Part shown: in pieces, positions 50,513 through 61,722 of the stretch
Position numbering within the stretch: the stretch's first letter is position 1
Layout of the letters: every line of letters begins with the position of its first letter
NCBI GenBank assembly: GCA_008632985.1
Contig: QPGO01000020.1
Coordinates: 620,001-684,000 of the forward strand
Direction of reading: 5' to 3'
DNA from: Psammoneis japonica
Lineage: Eukaryota
DNA length: 64,000 bases
The notes under the pieces: model-generated
Told to the model about the DNA's origin: nothing
What the model saw: the letters and a program-made list of their open reading frames with translations, nothing else
Database searches by the model: none
Translations under genes and position numbers: made by a program

Positions 50513-50741
50513 AAGAGATGAGGCTTTGCTTGGCACAAATTAGGACACATGTTGCATGTCGCCACAACAACTTCAGAGCCACACAGAAAAAAATCTGTGG
50601 CCTCTCACAGTGCATGCTGAGCATGACGACCCCGCAAAGTTGCGCGCCAAATTCCCAGTGCGTTAAAATGAGCTGGGCGTTGCTCCAGAAGCAATGGGAA
50701 TTTTGCAACAACAAACAGTGTCAACGTCATCTAAAGAACGA

Positions 50742-51712
50742 GAGCTTTCTAAATGGTGTCTTTTTTATTTCCATGCCCCTGTCAGATCCGAATCGGCGTC
50801 GAGATGTCCAGACGACCCCGCAGTTGCGCGCCAAAATCCTGGTGCGTTTTGCTTGAACAGGCGTTGCTTTAGAAGTGCTTAAATTGTGGGACAATCAATG
50901 GCAGCAACATTGTCACAGAGTGAGAGCTTTGTGTCTTTTTTATTTCTACACCCCCATCAGATCCGAATCGGCGTCGAGATGTCCAGACGACCCTGCAGTT
51001 TCGCGCCAAAATCCTGGCACGTTTTTTTTTTTGCTTGAACACGCATTGCTTTAAAAGCACCCAGAATTGTGGGACAATCAACGGCAGTGACATCATTTGC
51101 AGAACAAGAGCTTTCTAATGGTGTCTTTTTTATTTCCACGCCCCTGTCATATCCAAATCGGCGTTGAGATGTCCAGACAACCCCGCAGTTGCGCGCCAAA
51201 ATCCTGGTGCATTTTGCTCAAATGGGCGTGGCTTTAAAAGCACTTGGAATTGTGGGACAATCAATGGCAGCAACATTGTCTGCAGAACAAGAGCTTTCTA
51301 ATGGTGTCTTTTTTATTTCTGTGCCCCTGTCAGATCCGAATCAGCGTTGAGATGTCCAGACGACCCCGCAGTTGCGCGCCAAAATCCTGGTGCGTTTTGC
51401 TTAAACAGGCACTGCTTTAGAAGTGCTTGGAATTATGGGACAATCAATGGCAGCAACATCTTCTACAGAACGAGAGCTTTCTAATGGTGTCTTTTTTATT
51501 TCTGTGCCCCTGTCAGATCCGAATCAGCATTGAGACATCCAGACGACCCCGCAGTTGCTGCCAAAATCCTGGTGCGTTTTGCTGAAATGGGCGTAGCTTT
51601 AGAAGCACTTGGAATTGTGGGACAATCAATGGCAGTGACATTTTCTACAGAACAAGAGCTTTCTAATGGTGTCTTTTTTATTTCCACACCCCAATCAGAT
51701 CCGAATCGGCGT
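50742..51712 (+). repeat. ~183-bp tandem array, ~5.3 copies, between the two Harbinger ORFs
   Basis: gagctttctaatggtgtcttttttatttc..cagatccgaatcggcgtcgagatgtccagacgaccccgcagttgcgcgccaaaatcctgg recurs at ~50742, 50925, 51108, 51291, 51474 and 51656. Confidence 0.95.
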
Positions 51713-51806
51713 CGTTCAGGAAATAGAAGCGCTGAGAGTTTCGCAACAATGTGTGACACAAAGACAAAAGAAGCTACATTCATGCTGAGTTTGCAACAAC
51801 ACAGAT

Positions 51807-54363
51807 CTAATGTAAATTTAAGCAGTTTTGAATTGATGGTGGATCGACACCAAATGTGCCGATCGCACCAATCTGGTTGTGGTTGAAGCACGTGTAACAA
51901 TTTGTGAGCAAGAAAGACACGCGAAGCTGCTCACAAGCATGCGGTGTTTCACAGCATGGCTTGAAAGGACAAAACGTCCTGCAAATTCGAAAGACATTGG
52001 ATGCAACACCATGGCTCCACTCTACCGTGATGCGCACTGCCTTGAGCTGATAATTTTCGAGCACCTGAATGGGCGTGAGTGGAGCTAGCCCGTTGTGGCC
52101 GGGGCGATGCGCATGAATGACGCATTGTTGTTGAGCAAATCCCCGGTCCGCATGCACAGCATGCACCATGCCATTTGGAAAGCAGCCTTGCTGAATGTCC
52201 AGCAAGTGTTGGTTCACGGCTGACAAGTGCTGCAAATCGGTGTCAGCTCTGGCAAACTCGAACAACACAAAGAGCAATGAGAGTGTGATGAGCAGCCACA
52301 TTTTACAGGAAATGCAAAGCACATCGGACTTGTTCCAGACTTAGGTGGCGCGCACATGCCCCTTTTCGCAGAAAAAATAATTTTTTAAAGCTTTATTTAA
52401 CACCGTACATATTTAATAAAATTGAATATATTAATGGCTTTTAAGTAAAATAAACAGAATAAACTCGAACAAACAAACAGCCAAACCGGCCATGGCTTTC
52501 AGTGACCATGACGGCCCACTTTTTTCAGCCTTATGGAAAATTGAATGTCATGACCAGGATCTCCGTATTTGATATAGTCTGTGTCATCAACAACAATAGT
52601 GAAAATGCTTGTTGAAGGCTGCAGCGCGGCACAATAATGCTAAATCTGTCAGCAACAACAATTGAGCCTCTATTCACTCACAATTTGCCTCTAAGGACCA
52701 TTTCTTTTCTATTACCATGTATATTTCCTCAATATATTCGACTGATTCAAGTGTATCAATCGTTTATGCCTTCTAAACCGTGAAAAATGGTCCGAAGTCG
52801 ACGCCATTGCGTGGGCTGAGCTACACTTCTTCTCACGTCGTCCTAAACTTATTAATCAACGGATGCTTTATTCGATCCGTTGAATGTAACTCGTATTCGC
52901 GTATATAAACAAAATATTAATTATGCTATGTTAAAGACTTAATTTATATATATTAATAATATTTTATATGTTTCTTCTTACATTAAGGCGTATATAAATC
53001 GCTCATCGGAAAATTCGAGCTCTCAACTTACGGTACAATTTAGCGACTAATGACTGAGTCCATCAACAGTTTCGAATACATGGGTACACGCACAAGACAA
53101 TTCTGTATGTACCCATAAAAACACATTTGTAAATTGTTATGTTTTTACTCTATCGAAAATGGTGCCGCAAGTGTGGACCGCGCGTTTCATGCAAAAAGGG
53201 TCATTTTTTTGCGCGTGAGTGCACCCAAGTCTGGAACAAGTCATCGGCAATGCACAACTGTGTGCTTGCCTGCGAGCTGAAGTGGGACCCCATGTGATGC
53301 TCAAGCCGTTTGGAAAAGTTGTTGCAAGCATCTTCATGCCGTGAATGTGCTTGCACCCCGTGCACACCGATCGCTGAATGTTGTCTGCGTCAGGGCGACG
53401 CGGTGCATCTGCCCAGTCCTCAACTGGCCCTGTCCCTGGAGCATTTGTTTCAAACATTGAACAATCCACAAAGCCAAAAATGTTGAATTCCCCTGGTGGA
53501 CAAACAAGACCGGGGACGTTGTGCACTTGAGCAGTGTCCGGGTCAGTCCAAGTAGCCCGTTGCTTCAGTTTTCGCTCCATTGCTCTTGCAAACAAGGGAA
53601 AGTCATCAATCCACCTTTCAAGACCTTGTTGCCCAAGTGTGGGAGCACATCTGTCATCAAGATGCATCAAAAACCACCGGCATCCATGCGACCACCGAGT
53701 CAAATCCCTGCCTCCAAAGCACTCATCCACCAACACGGCATTGTCGAGTCCAAGTGCCACCTTGGTCAAGGAAAACAAAAACAATTCCTCACCGGTGAAT
53801 TGGCAATGATGCCCATGAGCACATGGCACAAGAACCAAATCGGGCAGGTCAAACAAAACACACAATTGTCGCAACTGATCCACATTGAATCGTGTCATCC
53901 GCTCGGCGCAGTTGTCAGAGCATTCATCAATTCGTCGGTTATGAGGCAAGACAAAATCAGCAGCACGATGCTCTTCCTCGCATGTCATGTCGCCAATTGC
54001 TGCGTTGCAATCTGCCCAAATGTGAGCCACATGATGACATGCAAAAATGCCACCCAATGTGTGCGCAAGAGCAACGCCAAACGGATCGTCCACATTGCCA
54101 ACTTGTTCTGGATCCAACAAATGACCATTGTCCTGGTTGAAAACATCAATTCTGGACACAATTGAAAGCAGAGTGAGAGTTGCAGACCATTGAATAAGTG
54201 ATTGAACAGAACGCGTCCAGAACACCTCTGTTCTCCTTGGCGCTGACACTCCTCGAGCGTTGAGAGACCTGTCCCTCATGTTTCTGTTGGTGAGCCGCCG
54301 TGGCAATTTGCGGCGGTGTCCATGGTGAAACAGACGTGGTTGTCTTGGCATGATGTGCATCAA
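51807..54363 (-). pseudogene. Harbinger DDE transposase (DDE_Tnp_4-like); exons 54363-53270 and 52248-51807
   Basis: IFGFVDCS, QRSVCTGCKHIHGMK, FPNG, GPTSARR|AD, HADRGF, ENYQLKAVRITVEWSHG, LLTNCYTC. The exons join in frame; the donor reads GCAAGC. Confidence 0.9.
52327..53242. mobile_element. MITE family B (916 bp; TIR GACTTGTTCCAGACTT[A/G]GGTG; TSD ATCG), inserted in the transposase intron
   Basis: 21-bp TIRs with one mismatch; ATCG at 52323-52326 and 53243-53246; AT-rich interior. Confidence 0.9.
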
Positions 54364-54915
54364 GAGTGCAACAACAATGCGACTGCAAAAGTGTTTCTTT
54401 ACCTTGGTGGATGAGAACCCGCAACCCCATCGTCAAAGCATCAAAGCCGCACCCGCACAGGTTGAGCTGATCGGCTGCAGCACCGGGCAGGCGAATTGTG
54501 ATTGAGTCGAGTGGTGAAACACGAATGGATCAGAACCCGAGACCCATGACCCATGCGGGTCGGTAAGAACACTCTAGCACCGGGCGGGTGGTGCGGACGA
54601 AAATGAGGTTCGTCCATCTGTCCATTGAAGCTTGAAGATGTTCGAGCAATCGGTCATCGCGGTCGGTGCCTGGTGCTCGCGGTGCTTCAGTGCTCGGTGC
54701 GGTGCGGCATCATTGGACGCAGTGACGATGGTGCCCACGACTTGCAAAAGCAATGCTGATCCGAGACATTGCATGATTTTTTCTTGTGGATCTTGACCAA
54801 AATGTTGCAATGGCCATGGTTGTTGCACCCCAAAAGAAGCGTTTGGTGAGGCCTCAAAAAGACGCTTCATGCACGAACAGGTGACAGGTGGCTCTCCATT
54901 TTTTTAGCTCTCGGC

Positions 54916-56030
54916 ATGGCAAGTTGCGTTCTGCTGCATTTGTTGGTTCTCGGAGGATCTGTTTTTCTTTTTCGCAATGTCCTTTGGGATCATGAAAGCC
55001 TTCGTGGTGCCTTCAGACATCGCAAACACCACATCTCATGCCCCTGCGTTCAGCGTCACTTGGTGGAAATTTCCAGCTCCACCCATCTCGATTGGAAAAG
55101 CATCTCCACCATGTCAAGAATGAAAGCAAAGATGACGTGATTTTGAGTGAGAATCTGTTGCAAGTCAAAATGCCCTGTTTAGATCATGCCCGGCGCTTTC
55201 TCTTTTTTCGGATGCCTTGGATGCGCTCAAGCTGCAGCGAGGAAAGGATTTGTGTTTGCACACGCGCCAAATGTGGGTTTGCCGCTCAGCATCATGATTG
55301 GTGCCCGGGGCACATCAAAAGGCTGGCATTGTCAACAAGAACATGGATGCCAGAGATGACTTTGTCCATCCCATGTTGAAACAACATTTGGAGGAGGAAG
55401 ATGTCAATTCATCCAGAGCGTGCAAGAAACAACAGACAGCACAATGGCGGTGCATTGCACGGCATGTGTCAATCGATCTGGGCTCATGGGGTGGTGCAAT
55501 GTGTGATTCATGAAGAACAAGTTGTCTTGAGAAAATCCATCTGTTGTCAACAGTGCTGAGGAAATGTGATTTTGAGATCAAACCACAACTTTCAGTGGCA
55601 GCTGGCAGCACTGGCGGGCACGACATGAAGGGTTGCTCGGGCCAGCTCCAGGAGAGCTGCAGTGCATTGCAACAGAGCCACTGAAAAGCCATTCTTCCAA
55701 TGGGCAAAAAGAGACACATGTGGTGGATGCCCCCCTGTTTGCAGTTGCACAGAGTGTTGCACCCGTGTCGTCTGCAGCCTCTTGGCAGCCAAGGCTTCAA
55801 GTGCTGCTCCCATGTGGATTCGTCCACCAGGTCTGAGGTGCAAGTTGTTGCGGCACTGCCAATTGCTTTGGGATTTTCAACTCTGTGTTTCAAAGCCGTG
55901 TCATGTCAAATTGATGAATGATCATGGGTTTTTCTTCATTTGGGTTTTCCTGTCCAAAGCTCTGCCTCCTGCTGCAATCATCCACCTGAAGCTGCAGGAC
56001 CGTGCGTCAGCAATGAGAGACTGAGCCAGG
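54916..56030 (+). pseudogene. Hypermutated remnant of a probable host type II membrane gene (possibly sulfotransferase-like)
   Basis: MASCVLLHLLVLGGSVFLFRNVLW N-terminal TM-like segment and ICVCTRAKCG (resembles a PSB-type KCG motif); lies outside any TIR pair; no TA seen. Confidence 0.3.
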
Positions 56031-56380
56031 GCATTTGAAAGCGACATCAGTTGCATCAGAAACTCGCTTTGCCGAGGAACATTCTGTGTGAGGCAAAAGA
56101 GGGTGCGAGACATTGAGCAACATGCATGCATGTTCTTCTGGAGCAGCACTCGAGCTTCAGGTTTGGGCGGGGGCAGTGAATTGGAACTGCCACGACAAAA
56201 AGGTGTCTGGTTGTGGGGTGCATGATCTTTTTTCTGCTCGTGAGTCATTCAGAAATGCTTGAGGTTGCTCGCATCCCACATCAGGATGAGGACACTCTGG
56301 AGAGGAAAAGTGTTTGCAACGAGTGTGGTGTCTTTGTGAATGCTTTCAGATGCTTGCACTGGGGCCGGAGTCTCTTCTTG

Positions 56381-56935
56381 GACGTGTTCCAGCCGCACGT
56401 GAACCAAATCGTGCACAAAAACGACATTTGCGCGATTTTTGCGCGGTCCCTAACTTACGATCGAACTTTCACCACCAAAAGTATAGATTTATACAAATAT
56501 AAATGTTTTGCAACACTAACAAGACTCGTGTGAGTGTTGCAATATCATTGTTATTGTGCTATCTATGTTTTTCATTGCGTTAAAAGATTCGTAACACAAC
56601 GGATGATTTTCGGCGAAAATATTGCCGTTATTTGGCTGTTACCTAAATATATCTTTCTACGATGCTACTTGGTAGGTTTTCTACCTACAAAAAAATCTCA
56701 GTATAAATCTACTGACGTACAATCAGTATTGAGTCTACTGAGGAAGTTTATGATACATATCCCATGAGGATTTGAATACCCCTCAAAAAACTATTTAAAT
56801 GTTCATACTCTAGAAGCCTATAACAGTCAATCCGTCTAAGTATTTTTATTAAAATGCTATATACACTAAAATATACATAAATTATATTCAAAATCCGATT
56901 GTCGTTTTGTGCGTCACCTGGGACTGGAACACGTC
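56381..56935. mobile_element. MITE family C (555 bp; TIR GACGTGTTCCAG....A[C/G]GTGA; TSD CTTG)
   Basis: Inverted ends; CTTG at 56377-56380 and 56936-56939; AT-rich interior. Confidence 0.85.
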
Positions 56936-57190
56936 CTTGTTGGAATGGCATGGGGCGGGCAGGAAGAGCCCTTGTTTCTTCAGGGCCACACACTGATCTC
57001 CTTGATGATCTAGATTCTTCCAAGGCTGAGGCATCAGATCCACTCGTGATGAGCGGAGAATCCAGAACTCGATCGCCGAGTGCGATGAAACAGATGGCCC
57101 AGATCTTGTCGTTCAAACAGAGTCTGTCGTTAACGGTCGAGCGCATGCTGAGACAAATCATGGTCTGTGCAATGACGGCAACCTGTTCTT

Positions 57191-60100
57191 GTTCAGTCTT
57201 GGCACCAGAACCCCGGGACTGAATCCCTGGTTTTTGAAAATGTGGGTTTGAACCCCAAAATGAAAACATGGGATTGAAACCCGGGTTTTTGTTCACGCAG
57301 CTCGCAGCACTTTTTCTGCGTAATTTTGCCATTTCTTAGAACCCGATGTGACTTTGCTTCCCAGTTCTTGCAGAAAACAGATCACTTGATCCACTGCATG
57401 GCCACTGCTGCTTGCAATGTTGAACAAAGAATTTGACATTTTATGTGGCATTGCTGTCCTGCTGTTCAATGAGACTTTTGATGTGATTTGCATTCTGTCT
57501 CTTCACCGCAATTGATGGTGGTGTCCAGTCAGTCTTGCATTTGTTTGAAAACAGCTGAGTGTCTTCCCTGCCAAGCCCATGCAACAGTGCATCATGACAG
57601 TCAAGGAAACAGGTCTTCTTGCCGCTTGTGCCTCGGTTGGTGGGGAAGTGCAATGGTTTCCCACACAGGTTGCAACTCGAGTGCGAGTCTGCCCTGCACC
57701 AAACACAGACCCTTGGATGCTTGTGGCTGGCAGACACTGCATCGAACTGACAATGTAAGTGCGGCAAACCATGACATGGACAAGATTCATTTCCACCCTG
57801 CTGAGCGTGTTGGCATTGTTCCAATGTCACAAAATTGTGAGTCGTCGTCATTTGTTCCGAAGCCGCTCTTCGATGATGGTTTTGTTGCATTGCAACCCGC
57901 ATTGCGGAGTCACCATGGTGTAAACATGCTTCAGGGTGACACTGCAGCATCTGTCTTGAGAGTTGTTCTCAGAACTCCCAGCAACCCATTGGACTGTTGT
58001 CTTTCCAAGACAAGTCTGACCCACCCTCCGCCACTTCCAAATGCATGTCATGCGCAATGATGATGGCCATGGCCTTGCCATGGTTCATGGCAGAATGCCA
58101 ATGCTTCCAAGAGCAACAGAACATCTTTGCATTTTTGATGCAATGATCCATTGAATCAATTCGTGAGTGAGTTGAAAGATGCAGATCACGGGCTTCATTC
58201 ATCTTGATTGCCCAGTGTTGCTTGCTCTCGTTTCCACCTCTTTCCCGATGCTTCACATGTTTGTTGCACTGGTTGAGGGCATTCACAGCAGCAATGTTGC
58301 ACAACGAGGTTGATTGAAATGAGCAAAGCACATGTTGGTGTCCCTCAGTGCTGCGTGTGGGCACCACAGTCTTGACAGCAACAATCGGATGACCAAATCT
58401 TGCTGCTTTTGATCTTGCATCGGATGGTGTTTGTTTTTTCTGAAAGCACTTCCCTGGCACTCCCGAAGGCAGCCGATCCCTTTGACGTGTGAATGCAGCC
58501 GAATGGCCATTTTCTCCAATCCAGTCTGAGCTGTGGTCAGCATCAAAGCAGTTGTCACATGTTGTGTGTGGCTTTCCTTGGAACATCTTCTTGGGTCCGG
58601 CGTTGTCACCCATTCTGCCAAAATCCACCATTTCGCCTGCTTGTTCCAAGATCACACGGATTTCTGTCAGGCCCATGGCACCCCCCATCCATCTGTCCTT
58701 GGGTGCAATTTGTGTCGGTGAACACAAACCCAAGGTCAGATCCAGTGTGCATCCAACATGATCACTGTCTGACCACCCTTGGCAATGCCGGGCTTTCCAA
58801 CTGTGCGACCGGCAATCCCGCCACCAGCGTCACCACAACCCGCATGGCCCCAGGTGGTTTCGTCACCACATTGATCCAATTCTGCATGGTGTGTCATCGC
58901 GTTGACATTGTGAGCTGTTGTCGTGCATGTCATGTCATGCTTGTGGGCCGGGTTGCACCCAGCTTCTCCTCTTCTGGGGGATGTCATGTTGTTGCATGGC
59001 TTCAGCACTCGCTTCATTTGAAGCCAATGTGAATGATCAATTGACGAGGACATGTCTGAGTCGCAGTCGGATCCATCAGCCATCCACCTGCGGTGAATGG
59101 CTCCGTCACTGCCACCCTTGACACCGTCTCGGACAAATCTCTGTCAAATCTGACAAGCTCCTGGATGCTCACAAGTTTGAGCTGGTGTCCATGCGAAGAG
59201 CACAGCTTCAACTCTCCCGCGGTGCACAAGTTTGAACATGTTTCTGCTTCGCTGCAGAACGACTTTCTGGGGTCTGAGTTGACACCCGACCGTGTGGTGT
59301 CACACATTGGCAGAATCAATTGATGGAAAACAAAGCATCCCAATTTTTCATCTGCTCAGCTTTCATTCCCAATGATCGCAACACATCTGTGTCCAATGAT
59401 CCTTTCCCAATGCCTGGAAACAGGTTGTCTTTTGATGCACCCGATCCATTCGGCAGCGACAACATCTCAGATCTTTGTCATCATCAGCAACATCATCGTT
59501 GGACATGGACCGATCCCACCCCTGATGAAAGAACCACCATCCATGGGAAATTTGTTTCCCTTCCAAATTCTCAGGTGCCGGTGCGGCACCAGTTGGCAAG
59601 CTGTGATGAATGTGCTCCTTCTCCCCTCTTGCCTCAAACTCAGGGCGGAGCGCATGTGTCTGCTCCACCCTCCGGGATTGTCCACATCAGCAAATGGTGG
59701 CTCTCCCTTGTCTGCTTTTATTTCAGGCAGCTGCCACCCTTCAGGAGCACCTGGAACATTCAACTGCACCGACGGGTCATGCTCACCATGGTGCAGCAGC
59801 AAGGCAGCATGGTCATTGTCAGCCACAGTCTGTCCGTCACTGTCTTGGTCCACAACACGTGATCTCAACCGTTCCAAATGGGCTTCAGCACAAGCTCCAT
59901 CAATGTCATTGACATTCTCATGCTCTTCGTCGCTGTCACCACCATCTCCCGTCTCTGTCTCATCCTCAAGGACGTGCTCGGGGTTCACCAGTTGGTCCTC
60001 CACGGTTGCGGGACCAAAGTCTGTGGCCGTCATGCACAGTGGCAGCCCTGGTTGTTGTGCTGCCATTCCACCAAACGCTTCATTGGTGCTTTCAGAGGCG

Positions 60101-60484
60101 GCCATCTTCGTCACGACGTTGATACTCCGATTCACTGAGCGTGTTACTTTGACGACAATGGCGGTGGCTGCGGTTGTTGGTTTTTTTTTTGTAGTCATCG
60201 GCTTTTCAACGTAGACTCAGGTAACATTTCTACGGTGATGCGTCACTGCAAAAAACCCGGGATTCAGTCCCCGAACACCCCGGTTTCAAGCCCACTCTAA
60301 TAACGACAACAAAATGCCAATGTAACTCCAACCGTTAGACATGTTATTTGAAGGGTAAACAGTCATTAACATCCCGACTAAACCCCTCTGAGTAATAATC
60401 AATGGTTATTGGATCTTTCCGTTCAACGGCTAACGGCTAAACCCGGGACTGAATCCCGGGTTTTTCGGGGCGCCCAGACTAAAC
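57191..60484 (-). mobile_element. piggyBac-like DNA transposon (hypermutated)
   Basis: Imperfect TIR GTTCAGTCTTGGCACC vs GTTTAGTCTGGGCGCC; subterminal palindromic CCCGGGACTGAATCCCGGG motifs at both ends; encloses the transposase remnants. Confidence 0.8.
57441..60198 (-). pseudogene. piggyBac (PGBD)-like transposase with C-terminal Cys-rich domain, fragmented
   Basis: CGDETTW, TTCDNCF (=DNYF), IDSMDH, SWKHWH, and C-terminal CVWC..CNLC..LH..CFLDCH; broken by stops and frameshifts; the main fragments are Tyr-free. Confidence 0.8.
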
Positions 60485-60651
60485 GATACGTACTATTTTA
60501 CAAGAAGGGCGCTGCTAATCCTTTGTCTCTCCGATGGAGACAAGGTTTGGGCAAAGGTGATCGAATTCAGAGCTTTCCAGCTTCATAGCGAACGGAATGA
60601 CAAAATGCCTGTGTCTGGTGGTGACCTATCGAATTTGTAAAAGAGGATTTC

Positions 60652-61722
60652 TTGAAAAGTCGAGGAGATTTCATCCTGGAACATGAAGGTGCGTTCAACA
60701 AATTAGACCAAGGTATGTATGATCAGACAGTGAAAAGGACGGAACGCAAGCCCTTTCGATCCCATCACATCCGAGCCGACATGAGGAATTCTATCGAATA
60801 CCGCGCAATCACTTTGGCACAGCTTCGAGACTGGGCCAAGATACGCCAGAAGAAAAAGTGCGAGGTAAAGATGGCGGAAAAGGGGCAATTTTATGGGAAG
60901 ACATCAGTTGTTACCATAATACACTCTACCTTGTGGTGAGACCATCGACAGCAGCAACTGGTCGTAGCTACGTGGAGAAAATTTCTAGCACACCTCAGAA
61001 AGGGCATTACCACTTCAGCTTTCCATGGGATATGAAGTTCGACGAGTTTCGAATGGCTAGCTGAAGCAAGAAGAATACCAGACACGACCCCACTTTATGT
61101 ATACCCCTTGATGTCTACCCAAGAAGACAATTATTTTTACAAGGATTTGTGGGCGGGTCTAATGGAAGCTTGCGATTACAGTGTCTTTTCTGCAAGCATG
61201 TATGTGGCACCTCTACTTGATGTCGCCCATCGACCTGCACGGGTGTCCTCTCCTTGGTTCGACCCTTTCAGGAGGGAAGCTAAGAGTTTGGCCATTTCGC
61301 CACAGATTTCGCGACATCCCTCGTGAATATAAACTCTGAAAAAGACGATTACTATCATGCGAGTTTCGCAATCGACTTAAAGTATGTACTCTGAAGCTGT
61401 TAATGCGCTCGAGACGACGATAAGCACAGCCTGGGTGGGACCAATTCTCCGAAACGCCGCTTTTCTAAATGACTGGGAGAAGCTCGATAAGATATTCAGT
61501 GAGTATCCGTGGTTGATTGACCGTGGCTTACATTTGCAGGGTCCCCTGGGAGAGACTCCTCTTCACCTCGCCACAAGTGCCGGGAGTGCTGAGACTTTGA
61601 AGATATTTCTGTCAAAAAGCGCGAATCCAAATGCACTATGGGTCTTATGCGCAACATCTGCATTGGCCATGGGTGTGAATCTACCAGCACCCTCGTCAAT
61701 ATCCTGGGCAACACAGACTTGA
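60652..61722 (+). pseudogene. Ankyrin-repeat protein remnant
   Basis: GETPLHLATSAGSAETLKIFLSKSANPNA; upstream fragments (RAITLAQL, VVRPST..SYVE) lie in other frames. Confidence 0.6.

Larger units (their letters stand above)
49077..54575. mobile_element. Full-length PIF/Harbinger-superfamily DNA transposon (hypermutated, with nested MITE)
   Basis: 20-bp TIR AGAGTGTTCTTACCGACCCG at 49077-49096, inverted at 54556-54575; flanks AGT/AGC; convergent ORF1 and DDE transposase. Confidence 0.9.

Noticed and set aside
50742..51712. CRISPR or regulatory RNA array
   Set aside because: Whole 183-bp units are repeated; there are no variable spacers.
49454..60198. Alternative genetic code or RNA editing as the cause of Tyr-free proteins
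   Set aside because: TA loss is frame-independent, affects introns, TIRs and intergenic DNA, and neighbouring genes use Tyr normally.
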